Positions 29,844 through 39,719 of a stretch of 64,000 nucleotides of DNA are shown piece by piece. This DNA comes from an uncultured Gemmatimonadales bacterium. Its GTDB lineage: Bacteria > Gemmatimonadota > Gemmatimonadetes > Gemmatimonadales > GWC2-71-9. The translations under genes were made by a program, and so were the position numbers. The notes under the pieces are model-generated. The model was given only the letters and a program-made list of their open reading frames with translations, did not search any database and was not told the origin of the DNA. Location of the stretch: assembly GCA_963739455.1 (NCBI GenBank), contig CAVUAK010000003.1, forward strand, positions 1 to 64,000, read 5' to 3'. Within the stretch, counting starts at the first letter, position 1. Every line of letters starts with the position of its first letter.

Positions 29844-31003
29844 ATGCGTAGAGCCATGATCCTCATGCTCGGCGCTTTGGCGCTGCACCCCTCCGTCAAC
29901 GGCGCCCGCCGCGCGAGCCCTCTTCGTGGATGGAATCGTCCTCTCGACGTCTCCCTCGACGGCAAGCATGGCTGGTGGATCCTCGACTCCGGCTACGAGT
30001 ACTCCCTGCTCGATTCAGCCACCGCGCAGGCGTCAGGCATCACCGTCTCCACTCCCACCGCCGTGGCGCAGCCCGGTGGATCGGTCACCCAGGGCTGGGC
30101 CCGCGGCGTGGCGCTCGACGTCAGCGGACCGGCCTTCCATCCCGACAGCCTCGCCGTCTTGCTCGCTCACCGCGCTCGCACCCGTCGTCGGCGAGCCGAT
30201 CGCCGGCCTTCTCGGCCACGACTTCTTCGAGCGGAATCGTCGTCACCATCGACTACGCCGCGCGCACGCTGGATGCTCGCATCCGCCCGACACTGGCGTT
30301 GCTCCCGCCGGCGCGACCGAGCTTCCGCGTCTGGATCGAGGACGGCGAGCCCTTCGTGCCTCGCCACCCTCTGGGTCGCGGGACGCACCGTGCCCGCCAA
30401 GCTCAAGCTCGACACCGGCTCGCTTGAGCGGACTCGGCCTCAATGGCTCATTCGTGGCGCAGAACGCCTCTTTCCAGCCGACTGGCCCCGGCGCCTGGTC
30501 GAGGGGATCGCCGTCGGCGGCGCCACCCGCAACTTCGTCGGCCGCCTCGATTCCATGGCATTCGGGGGCGTCGTCATTCCGCAGCCCGTCGCCGGCTGGT
30601 CCGAGGACCTCGCTCGTGTCGGTGACGCCGGGACCCTCGGCGCCCCGAACCTCGCCCGCTTCCGCGTCACCTTCGACTACGCGCGCCAGCGTCTGCGTCC
30701 TGCAGCGCCGACGCAGACGCGACCGCGCGCGAGACGTGGGAAGGCGGCCGGGATGTTCCTGGTGCAGGTGCCGGGAGGCGACGTGCTTGTGGCCAGGTCC
30801 TGCCGGCCACCCCCGCCGACTCCGCCGGTATTGCTGGCAGGCGATCTCTTCCGCCGGTGGGCGGGATGGACGCCGTCGTACGATCGGCCTCGATTCGCTG
30901 CGCCGGTACTTCCGCCATCCCGGCCGCGGTCGACACCCTCCAGCTGAGCCGCGGCGGTCGGAAAGCAAGACTGTCGTGCTCCATCAGAGCGAACTTGCCG
31001 TGA
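29844..31003 (+). CDS. Tandem retropepsin-like aspartyl protease with C-terminal PDZ-like domain; many indels
   Basis: ILDSG and KLDTGS catalytic motifs, GLLGHDFFER, VTIDYAARTL and GTLGAPNLARFRVTFDYARQRL spread across three frames. Confidence 0.7.
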
Positions 31004-31935
31004 GCCGCTATTCGCTGGACTCATCCGCCTCTTCGCGATCACCGTCGCGGCGCCCTCATGCTGTACCTGGTGAAGGACCCAGAGCGCCGCACCCTGGACG
31101 ACGCAGCCCGCGCCGAGGCACCAGGCAAGTTCATTCGCCTCGCCGACGGCGTCACTCACTACGAGGTCGCGGGCCCCGACACCGGCCGTGCCGTGCTCTT
31201 CGCGTCCGCGTTCTCCGTGCCCGCCTTCATCTCCGATCCGCTCTTCCAGGCGCTCGCCGACTCCGGCTTCCGCGTCATTCGCTTTGACTACTATGGACGG
31301 GGCTGGTCGGACCGCGTGAACACCGTCTACGACCAGGACCTGTTCGTGCGCCAGATGTCAGGCCTTCTCGACTCGCTCGGCGTCACGATGCCCGTCACCC
31401 TCGTGAGCGTCTCCTACGGCGCCGCCATGGTCACGAGCTTCGCCGATCGGTATCCCGGCCGCGTGCGCGCGCTGGTGTACCTCGACCCGGTGTTCAACAA
31501 TCGGCGGCCGCTCCAGCCGGAGGAGCGTTCCCGGCTCGCCTGGGACTATCACATGGTGCTCCGCGGCGGGTCGAACGAAATGGCGGAGGGGCAGCTCTAC
31601 GACTTTCTCTATCCCGATCGCCACCCCGAGTGGGTCGCGCGGTACCGGGTGCAGCAGCAGTTCAAGGGAACCCGCGAGGCATGGAGACGGACCCGCGCGG
31701 CGATCGCCGTGGCCCCCGACCAGATGGAGCAGCTGCGCACGGGTAGGGGGCCTCCCCGCGCCCGGTGCTCGTCATCTGGGGGCGACAGGATCCGGTGGCG
31801 CCCTTCAGCGAAAGCGCCGCGATCATGAGCGAGCTGCCCCACGGAACCCTGGTCCCGGTCGACTCTGCCGGCCACATGTCCCACGCCGACCAGCCGGCAG
31901 CCGTCACGGCCGCGGTCATCAAGGCGTTGCGGTGA
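31000..31935 (+). CDS. Membrane-anchored alpha/beta hydrolase, indels near 31020 and 31750
   Basis: GVTHYEVAGP, FDYYGRGWSD, LVSVSYGA; the C-terminal VIWGRQD...SAGHM lies in a shifted frame ending TGA 31935. Confidence 0.75.
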
Positions 31936-31990
31936 ATCGGTAGTAGATTCTCCTCGTCGCTTTCGGTCTCCTCACGTAAAGGATTCTTCA

Positions 31991-32725
31991 ATGCGCCCCC
32001 CCCGTTTCCTCATCATCTCGAGCCAGGCGCTGGCCCTCGCCGCCCTGCTCTCGACCGCCGCCGCCGCCCAGGACGAAAAGCTCGAGGACCGCGCCAAGTC
32101 CGCGGCCCACGTCCTCGCCAACCTCGTCTCCGACCCCAAGAACTCGCCGCCCAACAAGCTGCTTCGCAGCGCGGTCTGCATCGCCATCATTCCGAGCGTG
32201 AAGACCGCTGCCTTCGTGGTGGGTGGCCAGATGGGATACGGTCTCGCCTCCTGCCGTGTGGGTGACGGCTGGAGCCTCCCCACGTACATCTCGCTCAAGG
32301 CCGGATCCGTGGGCCTCCAGGTCGGTGGTTCCGCAACGGACGTCGCCCTCATCTTCACCCACGACGACGCGCCCCAGCTCATCGCCGGGTCCAACTTCCA
32401 GATCGGTGGCCAGGCCTCCGTCGCCGCCGGTCCCGTCGGCAGCACCATCGGCGCCAACACCGACTTCAAGAAGGGCTCGGCGATCTACTCCTACTCCACC
32501 AAGGGCGCTGGGCTCTTCGCCGGTGTCTCGCTCGCCGGCAGCGACGTGAGGGTGGACGACAAGGGGAACCGCACGGCGTACCCGGAGGGATCGGTGCCGG
32601 TAAAGTCCGACAAGTCGCCTGACGTGGCGGCATTGCTCAAGACTCGCTCCGACGCGAAGAACACTCCGGCTATTGTGCAGCCGTTTCCTGCCGCACTCGA
32701 GAAGCGCATCGGGGGCACGCGCTGA
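31991..32725 (+). CDS. Ysc84/SYLF lipid-binding domain protein
   Basis: AFVVGGQMGYGLASCR, GSVGLQVGGSATD, ASVAAGPVG, GLFAGVSL. Confidence 0.9.
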   Translation: MRPPRFLIISSQALALAALLSTAAAAQDEKLEDRAKSAAHVLANLVSDPKNSPPNKLLRSAVCIAIIPSVKTAAFVVGGQMGYGLASCRVGDGWSLPTYISLKAGSVGLQVGGSATDVALIFTHDDAPQLIAGSNFQIGGQASVAAGPVGSTIGANTDFKKGSAIYSYSTKGAGLFAGVSLAGSDVRVDDKGNRTAYPEGSVPVKSDKSPDVAALLKTRSDAKNTPAIVQPFPAALEKRIGGTR

Positions 32726-32739
32726 GTCTCCCGCCTGGC

Positions 32740-34044
32740 ATGACGCGGGCGGAGATGATGGCGACGCTCAAGCGTCCGCGCGTGCTGTGGATCTTGGTGG
32801 GGTGGCGGTCGCTGCTGACCCTGACACTCGCCATATGGTTGTTTGATCCGCCGCCAAGGCGCATCCGCCTCGCCGCCGGTCCCGCTGAGAGCGCTGAGTT
32901 TCACTTCGCCCAGCGCTACAGCGACATCCTGAAGCGCGAGGGCGTGCAACTCGAGTTGGTCGCCACCGAGGGCGCGCTCGACAACCTCGCGCGCCTTCAG
33001 GATCCGAAGGGCGGCGTCGATGCGGCGCTCATCGAGGGGGGCAGCACCACTGCGGAGAAATCGCCCGACCTCGTGTCGCTCGGCACCCTCTACTACCGTC
33101 CCGTCTGGCTCTTCTATCGCGGTCGCTTTCCAGTGCCCGGCGAACCCTGGCCCCCGGCGCTGCGCCTGTCGCTCGGGCCCGAGGGCGCCAATCCCGCCAG
33201 CCTCACCCGCCGCCTTCTCATCGAGTCCGGCGCTCCGTACTCCGAGGGCAACCTGCGCTACCTGGGACGTGAGGCCGCCGCCGAGTCCCTCCTCGCGGGT
33301 ACCATCGACATCGCCGGCATTGTGGCGCCGTGGGAGTCGCCCACGGTGCAGAAGCTGCTTCGGTCAGATAGCGTGCACCTTGCCGGCTATGCCCGCGCCG
33401 AGGCGCGGGTGGCATTGCACCCGGAACTGACGCGCCTCGTCCTCCCCGAGGGAGTGGTGGACCTGGCCCGCGACATTCCTTCACAGGACGTGCAGCTTGT
33501 CGCCTCCAAGATGAGCATGGCGGCGCGTCGCACGCTGCATCCCGCGCTGCAGTACCTGCTGCTCGATGCGCTCTCCGAGGTGCACGGCGCACCTGGAATT
33601 TTCGAGCATGCCGGACAGTTCCCCGCGGCGGAAGCGGGTGACCTGCCGCTCAGCAAGGCGACGCTCACCTATCACAAGTCAGGACCCCCGTTTCTCCAGC
33701 GGCACCTTCCGTTCTGGGTTGCCGCCGTCCTGACCCAGCTCGCATTGCTGCTCATCCCCATCTTCGGTATCGCATACCCGGTATTGCAGGGCGCACCCGC
33801 CCTCTATGCCGCGCTGATGCAGCATCGGGTCAGTCGCGTGTACGGGCACCTGAGGGTGCTCGAGCTCGAAATGGCAGAGGGAAAGGTCGAGGATCCTGCG
33901 GCCGTGCTCAAGGAACTTGATGCTCTGGATGTTCGTGCGCGGAAGCTCCAGGCGAGCACCGCCTACGTGTCGATGGTCTACACCCTGCGGGCGCACATCG
34001 GGTTCATCCGTGACCGTCTGGTGCGTAGTCTCGCGCAGAAGTAG
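32740..34044 (+). CDS. TAXI-type solute-binding-like protein with transmembrane segments
   Basis: TEGALDNL, SLGTLYYRPVWLFYR, LHPALQYLL, GPPFLQRHLPFW. Confidence 0.82.
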   Translation: MTRAEMMATLKRPRVLWILVGWRSLLTLTLAIWLFDPPPRRIRLAAGPAESAEFHFAQRYSDILKREGVQLELVATEGALDNLARLQDPKGGVDAALIEGGSTTAEKSPDLVSLGTLYYRPVWLFYRGRFPVPGEPWPPALRLSLGPEGANPASLTRRLLIESGAPYSEGNLRYLGREAAAESLLAGTIDIAGIVAPWESPTVQKLLRSDSVHLAGYARAEARVALHPELTRLVLPEGVVDLARDIPSQDVQLVASKMSMAARRTLHPALQYLLLDALSEVHGAPGIFEHAGQFPAAEAGDLPLSKATLTYHKSGPPFLQRHLPFWVAAVLTQLALLLIPIFGIAYPVLQGAPALYAALMQHRVSRVYGHLRVLELEMAEGKVEDPAAVLKELDALDVRARKLQASTAYVSMVYTLRAHIGFIRDRLVRSLAQK

Positions 34045-34053
34045 GAGGCGGTC

Positions 34054-34740
34054 ATGCATCGTGAACGCCACCGGAGTGAACACATCGGTTGGTTGCGCGC
34101 GGCGGTGCTCGGCGCCAATGACGGCCTGATCTCCACCAGCAGCCTTGTCGTGGGGGTGGCGTCGGCCGAACCGACCCGCGCCGCCGTGCTGCTGGCGGCA
34201 GTCGCGGGACTCGCCGCTGGCGCCTTGTCCATGGCCGCCGGCGAGTACGTCTCCGTCAGTTCACAGTCCGACACCGAGCAGGCCGACCTCGCGCGCGAGC
34301 GCGGCGAGCTTGCTGAATCTCCTGGAGCCGAACGCGATGAGCTGGCCGGGATCTACGTGAAGCGGGGCCTGACACCGGCGCTGGCAGGGCAGGTGGCAGA
34401 CCAGCTGATGGCCGGTGATGCCCTTGCCGCGCACGCACGCGATGAACTCGGCATTAACGAGATCACCCGCGCCCGGCCGGTGCAGGCGGCACTCGCGTCC
34501 GCCGCGTCATTCGCCGTGGGTGCCGCACCACCGGTCATCCTCGCGGCGCTGCTGCCGGAGCGCTATCTCACGCCTGGCATCGTCGGCGTTACTGTTGTGC
34601 TGTTGCTCCTGCTCGGTGGTGTCGCGGCCCGGATCGGCGGTGCACCCATTGGCGGGGGCGCTTTTCGCGTTGCATTCTGGGGTGCGGTTGCCATGGGGTG
34701 CACCGCGCTGGTTGGCCGCCTCTTCGGCGCCATCGCCTGA
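34054..34740 (+). CDS. VIT1/CCC1 family iron/manganese transporter
   Basis: WLRAAVLGANDG, SMAAGEYVSVSSQSD. Confidence 0.93.
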   Translation: MHRERHRSEHIGWLRAAVLGANDGLISTSSLVVGVASAEPTRAAVLLAAVAGLAAGALSMAAGEYVSVSSQSDTEQADLARERGELAESPGAERDELAGIYVKRGLTPALAGQVADQLMAGDALAAHARDELGINEITRARPVQAALASAASFAVGAAPPVILAALLPERYLTPGIVGVTVVLLLLLGGVAARIGGAPIGGGAFRVAFWGAVAMGCTALVGRLFGAIA

Positions 34741-34747
34741 CATCACG

Positions 34748-34768
34748 TTCCCTATTCCCTGTTCCCTG
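34748..34768. repeat. Heptamer tandem repeat x3
   Basis: TTCCCTA TTCCCTG TTCCCTG, intergenic. Confidence 0.6.
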
Positions 34769-34778
34769 TGGTGCCACC

Positions 34779-35084
34779 ATGTGCCGGAACATCAAGACCC
34801 TGTTCAATTTCGAGCCGCCCGTCACGGATGACGAGATCCGTGCATCGGCGCTCCAGTTTGTTCGCAAGCTGAGCGGCTTCACCAAGCCGGCGAAGGCCAA
34901 CGAGGCCGCCTTCAACCTCGCCGTGGAAGAAACGGCCGCCGTTGCCCGGAAGCTCATGGAGTCGCTCGTCACCAACGCGCCGCCGCGCGATCGCGAAGTC
35001 GAGGCAGCCCGCCTGCGCCAGCGCTCGCTCGAGCGCTACGGCAAGGCGCCCAAGGCAATCCAACCCACAGGAGCGCGCCGCTGA
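34779..35084 (+). CDS. DUF2277 family protein
   Basis: MCRNIKTLFNFEPP...ALQFVRKLSGF. Confidence 0.9.
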   Translation: MCRNIKTLFNFEPPVTDDEIRASALQFVRKLSGFTKPAKANEAAFNLAVEETAAVARKLMESLVTNAPPRDREVEAARLRQRSLERYGKAPKAIQPTGARR

Positions 35085-35599
35085 TGAACACCGTCACCAT
35101 CGTCCTGCGACTGCTGCACATCGTCTTTGGCGCCCTGTGGGTTGGCATCGCCGTCTTCGTGCCCTTCTTTCTCGTGCCGTCCATGAACGACGCCGGTCCC
35201 GCCGCGGGCCCCGTCATGGGCGCCCTGCAGCGCCGCGGGATATCGCAGGTCATTGCGGCGTTTGCCGGCACCACGATCCTCGCTGGTGTCCTGCTCCTGT
35301 GGCGCGTCTCCGGTGGGTTCCGGCCCGAGTACATGGGCTCGCACATGGGAATCGCCCTGAGCACCGGCGCCCTCGCGTCGCTGATCGCGTTTGGATTCGG
35401 CATGGCGGTGGTGAAGCCTGCCATGGAGCGCGCCGGCACGCTCAGTCAGGGCCTGGCGGCGCTGGCCTCGGACAGTGAACGTGCCGCACAGGTGGCCACG
35501 ATCAATGCGCTCCGTGCCAAGGGTGCGGCCGGCGGCAAGCTCGTCGCCTGGCTTCTCCTGGTGGCAATTGCCGCGATGGCCGTCGCCCGGTACGTATAG
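35084..35599 (+). CDS. Hypothetical four-TM membrane protein
   Basis: LRLLHIVFGALWVG and further hydrophobic helices; coupled to the upstream stop. Confidence 0.8.
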   Translation: MNTVTIVLRLLHIVFGALWVGIAVFVPFFLVPSMNDAGPAAGPVMGALQRRGISQVIAAFAGTTILAGVLLLWRVSGGFRPEYMGSHMGIALSTGALASLIAFGFGMAVVKPAMERAGTLSQGLAALASDSERAAQVATINALRAKGAAGGKLVAWLLLVAIAAMAVARYV

Positions 35600-35622
35600 G
35601 ACGTGAGGACGTGAGGACGTGA
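35599..35622. repeat. Octamer tandem repeat (GGACGTGA)x3
   Basis: Three perfect copies starting at the last base of the stop codon. Confidence 0.8.
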
Positions 35623-35655
35623 AGGAAGAGCCGCGCCCGCTATATCGCTCATCGC

Positions 35656-35692
35656 GGCACGTGTGCCGCGGAGCCACCCCAGAGCCGCGCCC
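35656..35692 (+). repeat. 37-bp direct repeat, copy 1 (candidate sigma54-type promoter)
   Basis: GGCACGTGTGCCGCGGAGCCACCCCAGAGCCGCGCCC, identical to 36497-36533. Confidence 0.8.
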
Positions 35693-35778
35693 GACAACTC
35701 CGCGCTTGGGAGTCACGCTCAGGTCACGCGCTCGCCCTAGTCTCCATCTGGGTCCCCGAACTACCCAGTGGAGGAATC

Positions 35779-36426
35779 ATGCAAGCCATCCGTTCGTTCG
35801 GCGCCACCGCACTCATCCTCGCGTCCCTCGCCGGGTCGGCACACGCTCAACAGCCCAGGATCGTCGTCGGCCCCATGGTCGGCGTCGCCTTCTCGACCTT
35901 CACCGGCGATGATGTGGGCGACGTGCTGGATGTCGGCTACCGCACCGGCTTCGTGGCCGGCGGGTTCGTCTCCTTCAATGCGAATACCCACCTCGCCATC
36001 GAGCCGCAGCTGCTCTACGTGCAGAAGGGTGCCCGTTTCAGCGCCGGAGACGCATGGGCCGACTACGAGCTCGACTACATCCAGCTGCCGTTCCTGGTGA
36101 AGGGGCGCTACTGGTTTGGGCCCGCCGGCCAGCCGTTCACCCTCAATGGCTTTGCCGGCCCCGCGATCGCGTTCAATGTGCACTGCGGATTCTCGTCCAA
36201 TGATTTCAGCTCGCCCTGCAGCCCCGACGGCTCCGACTTTCTGAAGGCGAAGACGGTAGATCTCTCGGTCCTGGTAGGAGTCGGTGTGGAGTACTTCGGC
36301 TTTTCGTTCCAGGCCCGGTACGACATGAGCATGACCAATGCCTATGCGAGCACTCCCAGCGGCGAGCCCGACGCCAAGAGCCGCTCCTGGATCCTGACCT
36401 TGGGCTACAAGATTCCCGTGCGTTGA
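35779..36426 (+). CDS. Outer-membrane beta-barrel (porin/PorT-like family), paralog 1
   Basis: Signal peptide, RTGFVAGGF, IEPQLLYVQKGA, LDYIQLP, terminal LGYKIP. Confidence 0.85.
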   Translation: MQAIRSFGATALILASLAGSAHAQQPRIVVGPMVGVAFSTFTGDDVGDVLDVGYRTGFVAGGFVSFNANTHLAIEPQLLYVQKGARFSAGDAWADYELDYIQLPFLVKGRYWFGPAGQPFTLNGFAGPAIAFNVHCGFSSNDFSSPCSPDGSDFLKAKTVDLSVLVGVGVEYFGFSFQARYDMSMTNAYASTPSGEPDAKSRSWILTLGYKIPVR

Positions 36427-36496
36427 AATCGCAATCGAACTTGCCTGCACACACCTCTGATGGTTGAACTATTTTGATTCGGACCTCGCCGCGCCT

Positions 36497-36533
36497 GGCA
36501 CGTGTGCCGCGGAGCCACCCCAGAGCCGCGCCC
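36497..36533 (+). repeat. 37-bp direct repeat, copy 2
   Basis: Identical to 35656-35692; preceded by T, giving TGGCACG-N4-CCGC. Confidence 0.8.
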
Positions 36534-36538
36534 TACGC

Positions 36539-36583
36539 GTGCCTTGCGCGCCCTGCGTGCCTTACGCGCCTTATGCGCCTTAC
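36539..36583. repeat. Degenerate nonamer tandem repeat x5
   Basis: GTGCCTTGC GCGCCCTGC GTGCCTTAC GCGCCTTAT GCGCCTTAC. Confidence 0.75.
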
Positions 36584-36594
36584 GTGGTGAATTC

Positions 36595-37272
36595 ATGCTG
36601 ACCAGCCGACCACTGTTCGCCGCCCTTCTCGCCGTGGCCACGCTCACTACCACCGCGACCGCCCAGCGCTCCCGACCCGCGCCGGGCCCCAGCATCGTCG
36701 TCGGCCCCATGCTGGGCGTTTCGTTCTCCTCGCTCAGCACTTCCGACGAAGCCGTCGGCATCGATATCCGCCACCGCACCGGGTTCGTCGCCGGCGGCTT
36801 TGTCACCTTCAACGCCAGCAGCCACGTCGCCGTCGAGCCCCAGCTCCTCTACATCCAGAAGGGCGCCACCGCCGTCACCACCAGCTCAGGATTCAATTCC
36901 AGGACGTATGCCCTGGACTACATCCAGGTGCCGGTCCTCCTCAAGGGCCGCTACTGGTTCGGCGACCCGGCCAAGGGCCTCACCATCGACCCCTTCATTG
37001 GCCCCGCCATTGCCTTCAACGTGCACTGCGCCATCGAGGTGCTCGGCGTTACCTCGTCGTGCAGCGCCCTGGGTGTCAACGCATCGTCTGTCGACGTCTC
37101 CGGCATCTTCGGCATCGGCGCCGAGTTTGCCGGCCTCTCGCTCCAGGGTCGCTACGACGTCAGCTTCACCGATGCCTACGACACCCCCACCTCGCCCGGC
37201 GCGCCGGCGCAGAACAAGGCCAAGAACCTCGCCTGGGTCATTACGCTCGGGTACAAGTTTCCCCTGCGCTGA
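36595..37272 (+). CDS. Outer-membrane beta-barrel, paralog 2
   Basis: Same motifs as paralog 1: RTGFVAGGF, VEPQLLYIQKGA, KGRYWFG, GPAIAFNVHC, LGYKFP. Confidence 0.85.
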   Translation: MLTSRPLFAALLAVATLTTTATAQRSRPAPGPSIVVGPMLGVSFSSLSTSDEAVGIDIRHRTGFVAGGFVTFNASSHVAVEPQLLYIQKGATAVTTSSGFNSRTYALDYIQVPVLLKGRYWFGDPAKGLTIDPFIGPAIAFNVHCAIEVLGVTSSCSALGVNASSVDVSGIFGIGAEFAGLSLQGRYDVSFTDAYDTPTSPGAPAQNKAKNLAWVITLGYKFPLR

Positions 37273-37280
37273 CGAAGGCG

Positions 37281-37931
37281 TTACCCCGCCTTGAGCACGG
37301 CCGGCACCTCGGGCCGTGCGATCTCCGGGGCTTCGCGATCGGAGTCCACGTCCAGGGTGTGCAGCAGGCCATCGCCGATGTTGTAGACCCAGCCCCAGAG
37401 ATGCAGGTCCTGCCCCCGCTGCCGCGCCGCCTGCACCACGGACGTCATCCCCAGGTTCTGCACCTGCTCGATGACGTTGAGCTCCACCAGGCGGCGCGCC
37501 TGCGCCTCATGGTCCAGCGCCGCGAATTCAGCCCGGTGACGGTGGCGAAGCTGCCGGATGTGCCCCAGCCACTGGTCCACCAGCTCATGCTCCCCGTCGG
37601 GCAACTCCAGCGCTGCCTTCACGCCGCCGCACCCGTAGTGCCCGCACACCACCACGTGCGGTACCCGGAGCACGTCCACCGCGTACTGCAGCACCGCCAG
37701 CATGTTGAGGTCCGACGGGATCGCCTGGTTGGCGACGTTCCGGTGCACGAACATCTCCCCGCCGACGGTCCCCGTGATCACGTTCGCGGGCACCCGGCTG
37801 TCGGAGCACCCGATGAACAGGAAGTTGGGCGACTGCCCCCGCAGCATCCGCTGGAAGAATTCCGGGTCCTGCCGCGTGCTCTCGCGCACCCAGGCGCGGT
37901 TGTTCTCGAAGATGCGCTTGATCATGTCCAT
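37281..37931 (-). CDS. Beta-class carbonic anhydrase
   Basis: Zinc ligand motifs GCSDSRVP and VCGHYGCGGV; FVHRNVAN. Confidence 0.95.
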   Translation of the reverse strand: MDMIKRIFENNRAWVRESTRQDPEFFQRMLRGQSPNFLFIGCSDSRVPANVITGTVGGEMFVHRNVANQAIPSDLNMLAVLQYAVDVLRVPHVVVCGHYGCGGVKAALELPDGEHELVDQWLGHIRQLRHRHRAEFAALDHEAQARRLVELNVIEQVQNLGMTSVVQAARQRGQDLHLWGWVYNIGDGLLHTLDVDSDREAPEIARPEVPAVLKAG

Positions 37932-37941
37932 GGTTTCTCTC

Positions 37942-39579
37942 CTAGTGGGCAGCCGGCGCGCTGATGCACGGCGGGATGCCGATGAGTGTCAGGGAGACGT
38001 TCTTGAGCTTCGCCGTCTCGGTGAAGTTGTGGATGATTTCCAGCACGTCGTAGTCGATGTAGCTCGCCTGCGTGCCGTCGATCTCCAGCGTACTGCCGGC
38101 CGGGATCGAGTTGAGGGTGTGCACGATGCTCGCCTTGTTGAGGAAGGACGTCTCCTCCGCGAGCACGAGCCGCAGCGTCTTGCTGTAGTGGAAGTTCTCT
38201 TCCTGCAGGTGATACGCCGTCTGGAAGTTGTTGCGCAGCACGAAGAAGATGCCGGCCGCCAGCCCCACCATGATCCCGATCAGGAGGTCGGTCGCGAGGA
38301 TTGCGACAATGGTGACACTGAACGGGATGAAGTGGTCCAGCCCGATCCGCCACGCCGTGCGGAGCTGCCGCGGGTGGGCCAGCTTGAAGCCGGTGTAGAT
38401 CAGGATCGCGGCCAGCGCGGAAAGCGGGATCCGGTTGAGCAGCGCCGGGATCGTGGCCACCGCCACCAGCAGCAGCACGCCGTGCGAGAATGCGGAGAAG
38501 CGCGTGCGCCCCCCCGCATCGATGTTGGCAGAGCTGCGTACGATGACGCCGGTGATCGGCAGCCCGCCCACGAGCCCCGCCAGGATGTTGCCGACGCCCT
38601 GCGCCACCAGTTCGCGATTGGCCGGTGCCTCCCGCTTGTACGGGTCGAGCTTGTCCGTCGCCTCGAGACTGAGCAGCGTCTCCAGGCTGGCCACCAGGGC
38701 GATGGTGATCGCCACGGTCCACACCGCCTTGCTCGACAGCACCGACCAGTCGGGAAACGAGAGCGCCCCGAACAGTTCGCGAGGTCCGCCGCTGGTGAAC
38801 GGCAGCGTCACCAGCTGGTCGGGGTTGAGTGCCAGCGGTGAGCCGGTGGCGCGCAGCAGCTCGTTCACCGCCGTGCCGAAGAGCACCACCGCGAGGGGGC
38901 CCGGCAGCGCCTTCAGCTTCTTGAGCCGTGTCTTGTCCCACAGCGCGAGCAGCCCGATGGACGCCACCGAGATGAACAGCACCGCCGGCGTCAGCGCGGC
39001 GAGTGCCGATCGGACCACCCCGAAGGGCACCCCCTCCTCACCTTCACTGAACGCCGAGGCCGTCGCCGTCTGGCCCAGCGCGTACGGCAGTTGCTTCATG
39101 ATGAGGATGATCCCGATCGCCGCGAGCATCCCCTTGATCACCGACGTCGGGAAGAAGTACCCGATGATGCCGGCACGGATCGCACCCAGGCCGAGCTGCA
39201 GCACGCCCGCCACCACCACCGCCACGAGGAATGCCTCCCACGATCCCAGCGTGGCGAGTGCCGATGCCACGATCGCGGTGAGGCCGGCCGCGGGTCCGCT
39301 CACCATCAGTTGTGAACCGCTGATCAGCGCCACGACCAGGCCGCCGATGATCCCCGAGATGAGCCCTGACGCGAGCGGCGCCCCGGAGGCGAGCGCCACG
39401 CCGAGGCACAGCGGCAGCGCCACCAGGAACACCACCAGTCCCGCAGCCAGGTCGGCCTTCCAGGTGGTGGCGAATCGTTCGTCCATCTGCGGCTGGATGC
39501 GCACCCGGGGCGCAGCAGCCGCCGAAGGAACTATGTCCCGGGGTGGTCGCACCGGCCGGGGTTGTGAGGTCGTCGTCAT
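37942..39579 (-). CDS. sulP: SulP/SLC26 anion (probably bicarbonate) transporter with short STAS-like tail
   Basis: DLAAGLVVFLVALPLCLGVALASG, VSGPAAG, NRELVAQGVGN, ITGVIVRSSAN. Start 39579 has GGGGAG upstream (39486 is an alternative). Confidence 0.93.
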   Translation of the reverse strand: MTTTSQPRPVRPPRDIVPSAAAAPRVRIQPQMDERFATTWKADLAAGLVVFLVALPLCLGVALASGAPLASGLISGIIGGLVVALISGSQLMVSGPAAGLTAIVASALATLGSWEAFLVAVVVAGVLQLGLGAIRAGIIGYFFPTSVIKGMLAAIGIILIMKQLPYALGQTATASAFSEGEEGVPFGVVRSALAALTPAVLFISVASIGLLALWDKTRLKKLKALPGPLAVVLFGTAVNELLRATGSPLALNPDQLVTLPFTSGGPRELFGALSFPDWSVLSSKAVWTVAITIALVASLETLLSLEATDKLDPYKREAPANRELVAQGVGNILAGLVGGLPITGVIVRSSANIDAGGRTRFSAFSHGVLLLVAVATIPALLNRIPLSALAAILIYTGFKLAHPRQLRTAWRIGLDHFIPFSVTIVAILATDLLIGIMVGLAAGIFFVLRNNFQTAYHLQEENFHYSKTLRLVLAEETSFLNKASIVHTLNSIPAGSTLEIDGTQASYIDYDVLEIIHNFTETAKLKNVSLTLIGIPPCISAPAAH

Positions 39580-39719
39580 GCAATGGTGCTCCCCGGCCTT
39601 CGAGCCGCGGTGATGGCCAGATGGCCAATGGAAGCCGGGGCATGGCAAGCGCCACGCACCGGTCGCCCCGCGCCTCTCGGCAACGGGAACGAGGTACTGC
39701 TCAGGTTGTGGTGGAGGGT

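Noticed and set aside
36502..36594. N-terminal RALRALRAL peptide extension of beta-barrel paralog 2
   Set aside because: It is the translation of the intergenic nonamer repeat; the signal peptide begins at ATG 36595.
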